A DNA stretch of 64,000 nucleotides from an uncultured Campylobacter sp. (GTDB lineage: Bacteria > Campylobacterota > Campylobacteria > Campylobacterales > Campylobacteraceae), in contig NZ_CALHVN010000020.1 in the NCBI RefSeq assembly GCF_938039245.1, forward strand, positions 17,838-81,837, in the 5' to 3' direction. A model generated the notes under the pieces. That model was not told the origin of the DNA and ran no database searches. It worked only from the letters and a program-made list of their open reading frames with translations. This document shows, in pieces, positions 49,429-59,903 of the stretch. Each line of letters opens with the position of its first letter. Within the stretch, counting starts at the first letter, position 1. The position numbers were made by a program, and so were the translations under genes.

Positions 49429-49948
49429 ATCAAAATCCTTTAAAAAAATGTTTGATATTTTATTTTTTTTCTTTAAAATTTTGGCTTAATTCTATGATAA
49501 CTAATGGAAAATTTAAAATTTTTAAAAGGATGAGATTTTATTAAATTTAAGCAATAATTTACCGTTTTTCTTTCGTTCTTATCACCAAAACACCGCGCAT
49601 ATTTTGCCTATTGTCTTCATATCATAAATTTGCTTACTAAATTTCACAAACGGCGTTTTAGCTGATAAATTTAAAATGCCTTACAAGGCACAAAAGCCAA
49701 ATATCACAAATCCAAAAATTTTTAAGCAAGTCTGCCATTTACACTCACGCCATAGCGGTAAATTTAAAGTAAGCACGAGCAGATAAGAGACTGCAAGCAC
49801 TTGTAAATAAAATTATCTGCCAAGCAAAGCATTTAAATTTATGAAGTAAAATTTGCCTATCCGTGCCACGCAAATTTGCTCTCAAAGCTAGCAAATTTAT
49901 AAACGACTCACGGATAAGTTTTAAACATTATAAAAACAAAGGCAAAAT

Positions 49949-50785
49949 ATGAATATCGCGATAAACGGCACGAGCGGATTTATCGGCGGCGAGCTTTGCA
50001 GATTTTTTAGAGCCGAAGGTCACGAGGTCGTAGCTATACCGAGAGCCGCCTACGCAGACAAAGACGCACTCAAAGACCTCATCGGCGGCTGCGATGCGGT
50101 TATAAATTTAGCCGGCGCTTCTATCGCCGCAAGGTGGAGCGAGGCCTACAAAAAGCACCTTCGCGCAAGCAGGATAGATACGACGCGAGCACTGGCTTGC
50201 GCTATAAACGAGCTAGAAAATCCGCCATTTTTCATCAGCGCTTCGGCTGTGGGCATCTACAAAAACGGCCTTGGCCACGACGAGAGCTCGGTCAAATTTG
50301 ACCGCGGATTTTTGGGCGAGCTAGCATGCGAGTGGGAGAGCGAGGCCGCCAAAGCGCGGACGCAAACGGCGATATTTCGCCTAGGCGTGGTGCTAGGTCG
50401 AGGCGGCGCGCTAGCTAAGATGCTGCCCGTATTTAGGCTAGGTCTTGGCGGAAAGCTCGGTAGCGGCGAGCAGGCGTTTTGCTGGATTCACATCGCTGAT
50501 TTACTAGAGGCGTTTAAATTTACCTTGCAAAACCGTCAAAGCGGCGTTTTTAATCTCGTTTCGCCAAGCCCTAGTACAAACGGCGAATTTACTCAAATTT
50601 TAGGCGAGGTTTTAGGGCGACCGACGTTTTTTAAAGTGCCTAAATTTGTGCTAAATTTGATGCTAGGCGAGGGATCAAGCGTACTGCTTGAAGGAGCAAA
50701 AGTCTATCCGCAAGCCTTGATAAAAAGCGGATTTGGCTTTAAATTTAACGATCTAAAAACCGCGCTTGGGGATATTTTGAAGTAA
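49949..50785 (+). CDS. TIGR01777-family NAD-dependent epimerase-like protein
   Basis: GTSGFIG, INLAG, SASAVG.Y, WE, GLGGKLGSGEQ..WIH. Confidence 0.9.
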   Translation: MNIAINGTSGFIGGELCRFFRAEGHEVVAIPRAAYADKDALKDLIGGCDAVINLAGASIAARWSEAYKKHLRASRIDTTRALACAINELENPPFFISASAVGIYKNGLGHDESSVKFDRGFLGELACEWESEAAKARTQTAIFRLGVVLGRGGALAKMLPVFRLGLGGKLGSGEQAFCWIHIADLLEAFKFTLQNRQSGVFNLVSPSPSTNGEFTQILGEVLGRPTFFKVPKFVLNLMLGEGSSVLLEGAKVYPQALIKSGFGFKFNDLKTALGDILK

Positions 50786-51189
50786 ATTTAAATAATTAGC
50801 CAAATGCTCCACTTCGGTTTTTGCAAAATGCGGCTCGCGCCAACACAGCGTAAATTTGACGCCGCTACGAAAATTTAGCCGCGGCTAGAATTTCCTCCGG
50901 TTTTACCACAAATCCGAATTAAAAACGCAGGCATAGAGACATAAGGACAAATACGGTAACTCTTAAAATATAAAATGCTTTACTTGCTAATATGGCGGGC
51001 TACAAATCGGCAAGCAAAATTTAACGAACTTGACGCTTAGGCAAAATTCGGCGTAAATTTGAATAAGACGACAAATTTACGCTTTTAAAAATTGCAAACT
51101 AAGCTCATAAATTTGGAAAGCTAACTTTTGCCACTAGTTATGCGCGCAGAGCTTACCGCCTGCACGCTCAAGCGAACTTGCGAGGAGTT

Positions 51190-52191
51190 TTACTCAAACC
51201 GCCTTGAGATATTGGGCGAAAGTTTCGTCAAAATATCATAACTGATCGTGCCGAAAAAATCCGCCCAAACGCTAGCATCGTCAAATACGCAAATTTTATC
51301 GCCCGCGTCTTCGCAGCAAAAGCTATCCATCGACATTTTACCGAGCAACCGCCGTCCGCAGGCAGTCTTTAGCTCGCCATCGCCCGCGTATCGTAGCAAT
51401 CCGTCTCCGTAGCCTAGGTCGTAAACGGCGATTTGCATATCCTCGTTTGCGCAAAATTTAGCGCCGTAGCCCGCGCATTGTCCTTTTTTTAGCACTCTGC
51501 CGCTAACCTTATGCGCCCAGAGCGACGCCACACGCTTTAGCCCTAAGCTCTCGTCAAACTGTGCGTAGCCGTAGGCTGCGATGCCCACGCGCACGCACTC
51601 GTCCGCTAGCTCGCCGAAGCGCTCGGTCGCAGCGGAGTTGTGCGAGTGAAAGACCAAACCCTCGCCGCAAATTTCGCGCACTACGGCTTTTGCCGCGGAG
51701 AAATTTCGCCTCTGCACGAAATAATCGCTACTAAGCTCTTCAGCGCTTCTAAAATGCGTAAATGCTCCGCAAATTTGCAGTCCGTGCGCCAAAGCCGCCT
51801 CGCACGCCGCACGCACTTCGCCCACCGCGACGCCGTTTCGGTGCATGAGCGTATCGACGGCGATATGAACGCGCGCGCCTTTTTTAAATTTAGCAATCAG
51901 CGAAATGTCGTTTACCGCATAGATAAATCGCTCGCTCTCGCCGCCGTGCGGAATGTGCGAAAGGATGAGAATATGCTCGAAAAAGGGCTCTAGCTCGCGT
52001 GCCTCGGCTTCGTTTTTGACCGCGCAAAATTTGATGCCGTAGCTTGCCGCCTCGCGCCCCACAAGCGCCGCTCCGTGCCCGTAGGCATTGTCTTTTAGCA
52101 CCAAGATCACGCGATCTTTGCCGCCGGCTTTGGCGCAAATTTTAGTTAGATTATGGATGTAGGCGGATCTGTTTAAAACGAGCTCAGACAT
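51190..52191 (-). CDS. alr: Alanine racemase
   Basis: VLKDNAYGHG PLP-lysine motif, DT.MHRNG, HNSAA, GYGDG, SMD. Confidence 0.95.
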   Translation of the reverse strand: MSELVLNRSAYIHNLTKICAKAGGKDRVILVLKDNAYGHGAALVGREAASYGIKFCAVKNEAEARELEPFFEHILILSHIPHGGESERFIYAVNDISLIAKFKKGARVHIAVDTLMHRNGVAVGEVRAACEAALAHGLQICGAFTHFRSAEELSSDYFVQRRNFSAAKAVVREICGEGLVFHSHNSAATERFGELADECVRVGIAAYGYAQFDESLGLKRVASLWAHKVSGRVLKKGQCAGYGAKFCANEDMQIAVYDLGYGDGLLRYAGDGELKTACGRRLLGKMSMDSFCCEDAGDKICVFDDASVWADFFGTISYDILTKLSPNISRRFE

Positions 52192-52426
52192 TGAAATTTA
52201 CGCCAAACGCCTCGTAAACGTTAGGAAGCAGCTTTCTGATATTATAATCATAAGCGTAAAATTTGGCGTAAAGCGCCTTTAGATCGGCCTCTTTGACCGC
52301 AGTAAAGTCAAACACGTCCGTGCCCGCAACCTTTGGCACTTGGCGGTCTAGCTCGGCGAAAAACTCGCTCCTAGCCTTTAAAATTTCCTCGATTTGATTT
52401 TTTACTATTTCTTTTTTTTCTTGCAT
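52184..52426 (-). CDS. Small conserved protein (CmeU-like)
   Basis: 80 aa, ILKARSEFF..TDVFDF..FYAYDY; upstream of alr. Confidence 0.6.
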   Translation of the reverse strand: MQEKKEIVKNQIEEILKARSEFFAELDRQVPKVAGTDVFDFTAVKEADLKALYAKFYAYDYNIRKLLPNVYEAFGVNFNV

Positions 52427-53365
52427 TTACTTCTCCGTTAAGATTTTAAATTTATCTTTATCTAGCCGCACGTAGAGCTCTTTTTTTCCTTTAAATTCGT
52501 GACTGGGCGCGGCATAATCCTCGTCAAAAACTACTCTAAAAAGATTTTGCCCTTTAGTGTTCGGGTACGGCGTCACGCTAAAATTTGAAGCTTTTATGCT
52601 CTTTTTTTCGTTTAGCGCGAAAATTCTCTTTTTATTTTCGGCAAATTTAGCCCTCGTTAGCGCATTTTTGCCGTCTATTTTTACAAATTCGTCCGCATAA
52701 AAGCCCAGGTAAATTTTAGTTTCGTTATCTCGCCACGCCTGCAGCCACTCGTGCAGATGCGCCAGTACGCGCGCTATGTCGTCTTTGCTGGCGTCTACCT
52801 TCTGGTTTTCGCTGATTATCACGACGCCCTTGCTGCCGATCAGTCGGCCGAATTTCATCAGCGCATCGTTGTTAAACGCCACACAACCGCGCGTTTTTAC
52901 TTCGTCCTCGCGCTTGCCTTTCATCGGCAGTCCGTGTATCCAGATGCCTCCGCCGGTTTTTTGTGCGGCCTTATCGTGGGCGTTTGGGTACGATAGCGAC
53001 ATCGCAAGCGGCCCGTAAAAGTGATCGGGCGGCGTAAATTTATCCGTGACGTCGTAAACCCCGACCGGCGTTTTTAGGTCGCCTTCTTTAAATTTATCTC
53101 CGCTTTTGCCCGTTATCACGCTTTGCGAAAAAATTTGCTCCAGCGCACCGCCTGCATACTCGAAGCTTTGTAGGGTTTTTTGCGCTTTATTTATGACGAT
53201 GATTTTGGTTTTAGCCTCGTAGTAGCCGTACCTGACATCGGCTGCGTCTAGCTTTTCCAGCCAGTATTTAGCATCCCTCGAATTTGCGTCCGCTAGAACC
53301 TTGGCGGCTAAAATTTGAGAGGATAAAATAGAAAAAATGAAAAATACAATCAAATTTTTAAACAA
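52427..53365 (-). CDS. L,D-transpeptidase/carboxypeptidase family protein (Pgp2/Csd6-like)
   Basis: EGDLKTPVG.Y, YPN..D..GGGIWIHG..TRGCV, C-terminal NTF2-like domain. Confidence 0.85.
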   Translation of the reverse strand: MFKNLIVFFIFSILSSQILAAKVLADANSRDAKYWLEKLDAADVRYGYYEAKTKIIVINKAQKTLQSFEYAGGALEQIFSQSVITGKSGDKFKEGDLKTPVGVYDVTDKFTPPDHFYGPLAMSLSYPNAHDKAAQKTGGGIWIHGLPMKGKREDEVKTRGCVAFNNDALMKFGRLIGSKGVVIISENQKVDASKDDIARVLAHLHEWLQAWRDNETKIYLGFYADEFVKIDGKNALTRAKFAENKKRIFALNEKKSIKASNFSVTPYPNTKGQNLFRVVFDEDYAAPSHEFKGKKELYVRLDKDKFKILTEK

Positions 53366-53503
53366 AATTTCAATCCGTGTTTCAAAATGAGCTTGGATTA
53401 TATTATTAATTGGCTTAAATTTTAAAAAAATAAAATTTTAAGCTACAAAGGGATATGATAAATCACACCAAAAGTGAAATAAATTCTCAAAAAAGGAAAG
53501 AAA

Positions 53504-53950
53504 ATGAAGAAATTAGTTGCATTTGCCATTGCATTGTCAGCATCTTTTTGCTTTGCTGATTACGTTCTTATCAGTGCGGATAACGCATACGCCAAAGCCA
53601 CTCCGCCAAACGTCAAAAACAGCGCAGTCTTTATGGATATCACAAACAATATGCCAAAAGCCGTAAGACTAATAAGCGCAAGCACGGATGCCTCTCAAAG
53701 CGCCGAACTTCACACGCATAAGCATGAAAACGGGATGATGAAAATGGTACAAATAGATAGTATAGAGGTACCGGCTGAGGGGTCGGTGAGCCTAAAACCA
53801 GGCGGCCTTCATATAATGCTAATGGACGTAAAAAAGCCAATGAAAGCGGGCGATAAAGTAAATTTAACTCTTAAATTTAGCGACGGCAGAATAGTTGAAG
53901 TGATCGACATACCGGTTAAAAATTTAGAAACTTCCGGACATGCGCATTAA
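53504..53950 (+). CDS. Copper chaperone PCu(A)C
   Basis: Signal peptide; ELH..MMKM..LKPGGLHIML. Confidence 0.92.
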   Translation: MKKLVAFAIALSASFCFADYVLISADNAYAKATPPNVKNSAVFMDITNNMPKAVRLISASTDASQSAELHTHKHENGMMKMVQIDSIEVPAEGSVSLKPGGLHIMLMDVKKPMKAGDKVNLTLKFSDGRIVEVIDIPVKNLETSGHAH

Positions 53951-53959
53951 AATTTTATA

Positions 53960-54421
53960 ATGAAAAAATTTCTCATCGTTTTGGTTGCGCTAGTCGGGGT
54001 TTTTGCGACCTCGGCGTATCTGTTTTTTAAACCGCAAGCGCAAGAGGACTTTTTAAGCGCAGAGGACGTGGGGGCAAATTTAACTCCGCTTCCCTGCGAT
54101 ATGAACACAGAGCACTCCTGCGGCGTGGAGTTTCGCGGCAAGACGGTTAAATTTAGCCTCTCGCCAAAGCCCGTTTACACGATGCAGCCCACGATCGTGC
54201 GCATCGAGGGCTTAGAAGGGTTTAAAAACCCGAGCCTCGAGATCCACGGCGTAAACATGGATATGGGCGTAATAAAGGCCGAAGTCGAAAAGCGCGATAA
54301 CGCCTACGTCTCAAACGTCGTGCTAAGCGCATGCCTGATAAACATCATGAGGTACCGTTTCGAGGTGCTGGAAAACGGCAAAAGAAGCGGGCTTTATATA
54401 GACTTCGACTTGCATCAATAG
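53960..54421 (+). CDS. Membrane-anchored periplasmic protein of the Cu-assembly cluster
   Basis: TM helix; PC..C, GVNMDMG, L.AC...M; lies between PCuAC and SCO. Confidence 0.7.
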   Translation: MKKFLIVLVALVGVFATSAYLFFKPQAQEDFLSAEDVGANLTPLPCDMNTEHSCGVEFRGKTVKFSLSPKPVYTMQPTIVRIEGLEGFKNPSLEIHGVNMDMGVIKAEVEKRDNAYVSNVVLSACLINIMRYRFEVLENGKRSGLYIDFDLHQ

Positions 54422-54446
54422 ACGCAAAATTTACTTAAAAGGGCGG

Positions 54447-55031
54447 ATGATGAAAAAGCTTATTATCGCAGTTATACTGATTTTAACGGTTCTTGGCGCA
54501 GGTTATCTCGCACTCTACTCAAACAAATACGCCCCTAACGACCAAAGCGCAAACGTCGCCGAGGGTCAAAAAAATTATGATTTTACCGGCAAGGGCGCAA
54601 ACGGTGCAGTGAGCCTAAAGAGCTTTGAGGGTAAAAATAAGATTATTTACTTTGGCTACACCTCGTGTCCCGACGTCTGCCCCGCGACTTTAGGTATCTT
54701 AAGCGGCGTGTTAAACGAGCTTAAAAGAGACGATATCGTCGTGATTTTCGTCACTCTCGACCCGGAGCGCGACGAGCCAAAAAACGTGGACGAATACGCA
54801 AAATACTTTTATCCGAACTCATACGGCGTAGTGGTAAACGACCTACCGGGGGTTGCTAAAAACTACGGCGTAAAATACCAAAAAGTCCTACTGGAAAAAT
54901 CTGCCATGGAGTACTCCGTCGCGCACAGCTCCTCGCTATACGTACTAGACAAAAACGGCAAATTCGTAACCGAAATATCAAATTTAACACCGCAAAATAT
55001 CAAAAAAACGTTGGAAAATTTAGAAAAATAA
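54447..55031 (+). CDS. SCO1/SenC family copper chaperone
   Basis: YFGYTSCPDVCP, DPERD, Y.VAHS. Confidence 0.93.
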   Translation: MMKKLIIAVILILTVLGAGYLALYSNKYAPNDQSANVAEGQKNYDFTGKGANGAVSLKSFEGKNKIIYFGYTSCPDVCPATLGILSGVLNELKRDDIVVIFVTLDPERDEPKNVDEYAKYFYPNSYGVVVNDLPGVAKNYGVKYQKVLLEKSAMEYSVAHSSSLYVLDKNGKFVTEISNLTPQNIKKTLENLEK

Positions 55032-55105
55032 CGGCTCGCGATTTTACAAATCCCGTGTTACGTTATAACGCAAATTCATTTTTATATATCAAATTATTAC
55101 GAAAG

Positions 55106-55119
55106 TTGATTTAAGTCAA
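55106..55119. promoter_or_regulatory. Crp/Fnr-family (Nss/NssR-type) box upstream of the nos cluster
   Basis: TTGA-TTTAAG-TCAA, followed by a TGTATAGT -10-like element near 55141. Confidence 0.65.
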
Positions 55120-55175
55120 TATTTTTTTAAGCTCGCCCGCTGTATAGTTTCATTAAATTTCGAAGAAGGAACGAT

Positions 55176-56393
55176 TTGAACCCACGCACGCTAGCGAGCG
55201 TTTTTTATCTACTATTTTTAATCTCGGCAAGCTACGGTTTTGAGCCTAGCACCGACGTAAAAAGCTATGCCTTTAGCGAACTTAACGGCGGAAAAATAGC
55301 CCTATACGACGCGGCAAACGAGCTAAAAATCATCGATGCGGCAAATCTGCGACCAAGTGCGCAGACAACCTTGGCCGCAGACGAGATAACCTCGCTTGCT
55401 TTTGGCGCGGGCGAGCTATATGCCGGGCTTTCTAGTGGAATAATCGTTAAATTTAGCAAGGATTTAAACTCCAGGGAAGTAGCGCTTGACGTCTCAAGTC
55501 TCGGTCTTGACACGCGCATAACGCATCTAAGCATATCAGGCGGTAAATTTTACGCCGTGGCGGGAGAAAATATCTTCCTCGTCTACGATCCGTCCGCCAA
55601 AAAGCTCTCCGTCGCGTGCCTTAGCGGCGTATACCGCGTAGCAACCTGCGAAATCATAAACGGCGCCGCCGTAATAACCGGCTGGGATAGGTCGGTTTTT
55701 AGGTTAAATTTGACCTCGATGGAGGTAAAAAATCATGGCAAACTAAATGCGGTAGCCTTAAGCGCGGCGCAGGCGGGCCAAGATATGCTTTTAGGGCTAG
55801 CTAGCGGAGAGATAGCGAGCGTAAAATTTAAAGCCGAGGAAAATTTAGCCCCTAGCGAGAGTATAGACCCAAAAACGGCGCAAACAAGCACGGTAAATTC
55901 GCTAAACAAAAAGCCGTTAAGCGCAGCTAAAGACAAAGCCGCTCAAGGAAGCTCTAAAGCAAATGCGGCGGATAAGACGGACGTAAATTTAAGCCAAAAC
56001 GCGGTTTTGCCGCAAGCATACGGCGATAAATTTGGGGCAAATTTAGCAGATAAAACCGCAAAAAACGAAGCGGACGTAAATTTGTCGCGCAAAAAAACGA
56101 GCGTAAATTTTTTAGATACGAAACCATCGGCAAATACAAATACGCGCGAGATCGCCCCAAAAAGCCTAAATGCAAAAATTTATAAAATCTCGAATCTACG
56201 GATAAAAAGCCTGCTATCCGTGCGGAATAAAATTTATATCGGCCTTGATAATGGCGAGGTTTGGCGCGCAAGCGCAAATTTTACGGATATAGAAAAGCTC
56301 GGGAAAAATTCGGATGCGATAATAAGCGTTTTTAATAATAATGAGGATATAATAACCGTAAGCATAAACGGCGAAATTAAAATTTATAAATAA
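55176..56393 (+). CDS. Exported beta-propeller (WD40-like) protein with a low-complexity insert
   Basis: Signal peptide; repeated ITSLAF..LYAGLSSG / ITGWDRSV / IGLDNGEV / VSINGEIKIY blades. Confidence 0.65.
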   Translation: MNPRTLASVFYLLFLISASYGFEPSTDVKSYAFSELNGGKIALYDAANELKIIDAANLRPSAQTTLAADEITSLAFGAGELYAGLSSGIIVKFSKDLNSREVALDVSSLGLDTRITHLSISGGKFYAVAGENIFLVYDPSAKKLSVACLSGVYRVATCEIINGAAVITGWDRSVFRLNLTSMEVKNHGKLNAVALSAAQAGQDMLLGLASGEIASVKFKAEENLAPSESIDPKTAQTSTVNSLNKKPLSAAKDKAAQGSSKANAADKTDVNLSQNAVLPQAYGDKFGANLADKTAKNEADVNLSRKKTSVNFLDTKPSANTNTREIAPKSLNAKIYKISNLRIKSLLSVRNKIYIGLDNGEVWRASANFTDIEKLGKNSDAIISVFNNNEDIITVSINGEIKIYK

Positions 56394-56416
56394 AATCTTA
56401 AGAAAGGAGATTTTTA

Positions 56417-59011
56417 ATGAACAAAATTTTTAGTTCAGGCATCGTTGCGGCGGCGTGTATGGCGTTTGCAGTTAGCAGCGCGTGCGCGGCAGATAGCGAC
56501 TTGCAAGCTATCATGAAAGCGCGCGGGCTAACGGAAAAAGACGTCCTAGCGGCTGCTAAAACGTATCAGCCAAGCGGCAAGAAGGACGATTATATCGTCT
56601 TTTCCTCGGGAGGCCAAAGCGGACAGGTGATGGTTTACGGCGTACCTTCGATGAGGATTTACAAATTTATCGGCGTCTTTACGCCCGAGCCTTGGCAGGG
56701 GTACGGCTTTGACGAGGAGTCTAAGGCCATCCTAAAAAGCGGCGCGATTAGGGGCAAGGAGCTTTCGTGGGGCGATACTCACCACCCTGCTCTAACCGAA
56801 AAAAACGGCGAATACGTCGGCGATTATCTTTTCATCAACGACAAAGCCAATCCTCGCATTGCGGTTATAAATTTGCACGATTTTGAAACTACGCAAATCG
56901 TCGTTAATCCAATCGTAAAAAGCGAACACGGCGGCAGCTTCATCACTCCAAATAGCGAATACGTCATCGAAGCGGCGCAGTACGCGGCTCCGCTAGATAA
57001 CGGCTACCACTCTATAGACGAGTACGAAAGCGCGTACCGCGGCGCGGTAACGTTTTGGAAATTCGACTATCCAAAAGGCAGGATAGACGAGAAAGCTTCC
57101 TTCTCGCTTGAGCTTCCTCCGTATTGGCAAGATCTAAGCGACGCAGGTAAAGGCGAGAGCTTCGGCTGGGCGTTTTCTAACTCCATAAACTCAGAGATGT
57201 ACACCGGAGGTATCGAAAAAGGCTTGCCTCCGTTTGAAGCGGGCGCAAGCAGAAACGATACTGACTATTTGCACGTTTATAACTGGCAAATTTTAGAAAA
57301 ACTAGCTCAGGATAAGAAAAACTACAGAGAGATAAACGGCCACAGAGTAGTTACCATAGACGCTGCAGTTAAAGCCGGCGCGCTATTTTTGATCCCAGAG
57401 CCAAAGAGCCCGCACGGCGTAGACGTTAGCCCGGACGGCCGATATATCGTTATCGGCGGTAAGCTAGATACGCACGCTACGGTTTTTGACTTTAGAAAGA
57501 TCAAAAATTTAATCGACAAAAAAGAATTTGCCGGCACCGACTCTTACGGCATACCGATTCTTGATTTGCAAAAGACCCTACACGGACAAGTAGAACTCGG
57601 CCTTGGACCTTTACACACGGCATTTGACGCGCAAGACGGCGTACTTTATACCTCGCTTTACGTCGATAGCCAGATCGTAAAATGGGACTATAAAAATTTA
57701 AAAGTCCTAGATAGGATCAACGTCCACTACAACATCGGACACCTAGACGCGATGGAGGGAAAATCGGCCAAACCTAAGGGCAAATACGTAATCGCTCTTG
57801 ATAAGCTATCAATCGACCGCTTTAACCCAGTAGGTCCTCTTCACCCGCAAAACCACCAGCTAATCGACACTACGGGCGCTAAGATGGAGCTTTTATACGA
57901 TATGCCTATACCTCTTGGCGAGCCTCACGACGTTATATCTATCGAGGCTAGCAAGCTAAAACCGGCTACCACCTACGCCATGGGAACAAACTCTCGCACG
58001 GGCAAAGAAAGTCCGTTTGTAACTCTTGCCGGACAAGAAAGAGTCGAGCGCAACGGCAAAAACGTAACCGTATACGCTACGATGATCAGAAGCCACATCA
58101 ATCCTGAGCACATCGAGGTAAATAAAGGCGACAACGTAACCATCCACCTAACAAACCTAGAGCGCGCACAGGACGAGACTCACGGCTTTACGGTCGATCT
58201 TTACAACATCCACGCCTCTTTAGAGCCGGGTAAAACCGCAACCGTAAATTTCGTAGCGGACGAAGAGGGCGTATTCCCTTACTACTGCACCGAATTTTGC
58301 TCTGCATTGCACCTTGAGATGATGGGCTATTTGCTAGTTAAAGATCCGAACAAAAAATACGAATCGGCAAAAGCAAATAGGCTAAAAACCCTAAGCCCAG
58401 AAGCTCTAAAAGCCGAATACGATAAAGTAATCGCTACGAATAAAGCTACCGACGAAGTTATCCAAAGCGTAGTGGCTTACCTAAAAGAAAAGCATTACGA
58501 AAAATATCCTAAGGTAAAAGAGCTAGTCACCGACGCGCTGGATCAATACGGCAAAATCCCCGAGGCTAAAGCAAAAGCCGACGAAGCCTATAAAAAAGGC
58601 GACGTAAACGGCGCGATACTTTGGGAGTACCAAGTATGGCAGTATATGGTTAAAACCGCGGACGTCGGCCTAAGAGCCAAAAACAACCTCGCTAAAGAGA
58701 TCGCTACGCCTATGAGTCCGGCTGCTGCTAAAGGCGAAGCCGCATATCTAAAAGGCGGCTGCAACGCTTGCCACGTCATCGGTCAGGTTAGCTCGGGCCC
58801 AGATCTAACGGGCGTTCTTTTACGCCACGAAAATGGCGAGAAATGGGTATTTGACTTTGTCAAAGATCCGTCTAAATTTTACGGCGACGAGTATATCAAG
58901 TCTATGATCGATTACTTTAACCTAAGAATGCCTAATCAGCACATGAGCGATCAAGAGATCAAAGATATCATCGAATACCTAAAATGGATCGACGAAAACG
59001 CGGGAATGTAG
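56417..59011 (+). CDS. nosZ: Clade II (Sec-dependent) nitrous-oxide reductase with C-terminal cytochrome c
   Basis: SSGGQSG, DTHH, EHGG, SPHG, GPLH, EPH; CuA motif CTEFCSALHLEM; C-terminal CNACH heme motif; no twin-Arg signal. Confidence 0.97.
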   Translation: MNKIFSSGIVAAACMAFAVSSACAADSDLQAIMKARGLTEKDVLAAAKTYQPSGKKDDYIVFSSGGQSGQVMVYGVPSMRIYKFIGVFTPEPWQGYGFDEESKAILKSGAIRGKELSWGDTHHPALTEKNGEYVGDYLFINDKANPRIAVINLHDFETTQIVVNPIVKSEHGGSFITPNSEYVIEAAQYAAPLDNGYHSIDEYESAYRGAVTFWKFDYPKGRIDEKASFSLELPPYWQDLSDAGKGESFGWAFSNSINSEMYTGGIEKGLPPFEAGASRNDTDYLHVYNWQILEKLAQDKKNYREINGHRVVTIDAAVKAGALFLIPEPKSPHGVDVSPDGRYIVIGGKLDTHATVFDFRKIKNLIDKKEFAGTDSYGIPILDLQKTLHGQVELGLGPLHTAFDAQDGVLYTSLYVDSQIVKWDYKNLKVLDRINVHYNIGHLDAMEGKSAKPKGKYVIALDKLSIDRFNPVGPLHPQNHQLIDTTGAKMELLYDMPIPLGEPHDVISIEASKLKPATTYAMGTNSRTGKESPFVTLAGQERVERNGKNVTVYATMIRSHINPEHIEVNKGDNVTIHLTNLERAQDETHGFTVDLYNIHASLEPGKTATVNFVADEEGVFPYYCTEFCSALHLEMMGYLLVKDPNKKYESAKANRLKTLSPEALKAEYDKVIATNKATDEVIQSVVAYLKEKHYEKYPKVKELVTDALDQYGKIPEAKAKADEAYKKGDVNGAILWEYQVWQYMVKTADVGLRAKNNLAKEIATPMSPAAAKGEAAYLKGGCNACHVIGQVSSGPDLTGVLLRHENGEKWVFDFVKDPSKFYGDEYIKSMIDYFNLRMPNQHMSDQEIKDIIEYLKWIDENAGM

Positions 59012-59053
59012 TCTAAATTTGAGCTTAGCGGCTCAAATTTAACTGCTAAATTT

Positions 59054-59084
59054 AAGGCTCGGAGCGCGTAATCCGAGCCTTTTT
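59054..59084 (+). terminator. Terminator/attenuator hairpin after nosZ
   Basis: AAGGCTCGGA..TCCGAGCCTT followed by T residues. Confidence 0.7.
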
Positions 59085-59141
59085 CGTTAAATTTAAAAAG
59101 CCTTTCGCGAAAAATTTTTTAAATTTAATAAAGGAGAAACG

Positions 59142-59903
59142 ATGAAGAAGTATCAAATTTACACCATTATCGCATTAGTTTTGATGACCGTTTGTTTTAC
59201 GATCCCGGTCCTTGGATGGTTCGGCGCGAAGGCTAAAATCGCAGCCGGCGAGCCGATTGCCGGGTATTCGTATAAAATTTACGACCTTTACACCTCGTTT
59301 CAGTACAAAAATCACTTGATGCCAGACGACGTAAAAGCCAGCCTACAAAAAGCGATCGAGCAAAAAGCCGAGATCGGCACGCCCTCTTTTCCTATCTGGT
59401 ACGTCGCGCTTGAAGCGCCAAACTACCCAAAAGACGCCTTTCCGGACGGTATCCCCGTTTATTTTCACGTTGACGGATACGGCGGCGACGTGCACGAGAT
59501 GAACACCATAAACCACTACATCGGCATGTATCCGATGGAGCACGGCGGCAACGTCGAGCGCGCGATCGCGCCTTATTATCTGCTTATTTCCACGCTTTGC
59601 ATGCTAGCCTTTTTGTACTACGACGGCAAATTTAACTCCCTACTCATGGTGCTTCCCGCTATCGCTCCGCTGCTTTTTATGGGCGCGTTTGCGGGCTGGC
59701 TTTACTGGTACGGGCACAATATGCAAGAGTGGGGCGCGTTTAAGATTAAGCCTTTTATGCCGACCGTGCTTGGCGACGGCAAGGTCGCGCAGTTTACGAC
59801 GCATTCGTATCCTAGCATAGGATTTTGGGTGATGATAGCTATGAGCGCGCTTTGCATCCTAGCCGTATTTTCTAAGAAAAAAGAGCTCAAAGAAGCCAAA
59901 TGA
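59142..59903 (+). CDS. nosB: NosB-like membrane protein
   Basis: W...LEAPNYP..G, NTINHYIGM, WLYWYGHN, PF.P; directly after clade II nosZ. Confidence 0.8.
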   Translation: MKKYQIYTIIALVLMTVCFTIPVLGWFGAKAKIAAGEPIAGYSYKIYDLYTSFQYKNHLMPDDVKASLQKAIEQKAEIGTPSFPIWYVALEAPNYPKDAFPDGIPVYFHVDGYGGDVHEMNTINHYIGMYPMEHGGNVERAIAPYYLLISTLCMLAFLYYDGKFNSLLMVLPAIAPLLFMGAFAGWLYWYGHNMQEWGAFKIKPFMPTVLGDGKVAQFTTHSYPSIGFWVMIAMSALCILAVFSKKKELKEAK

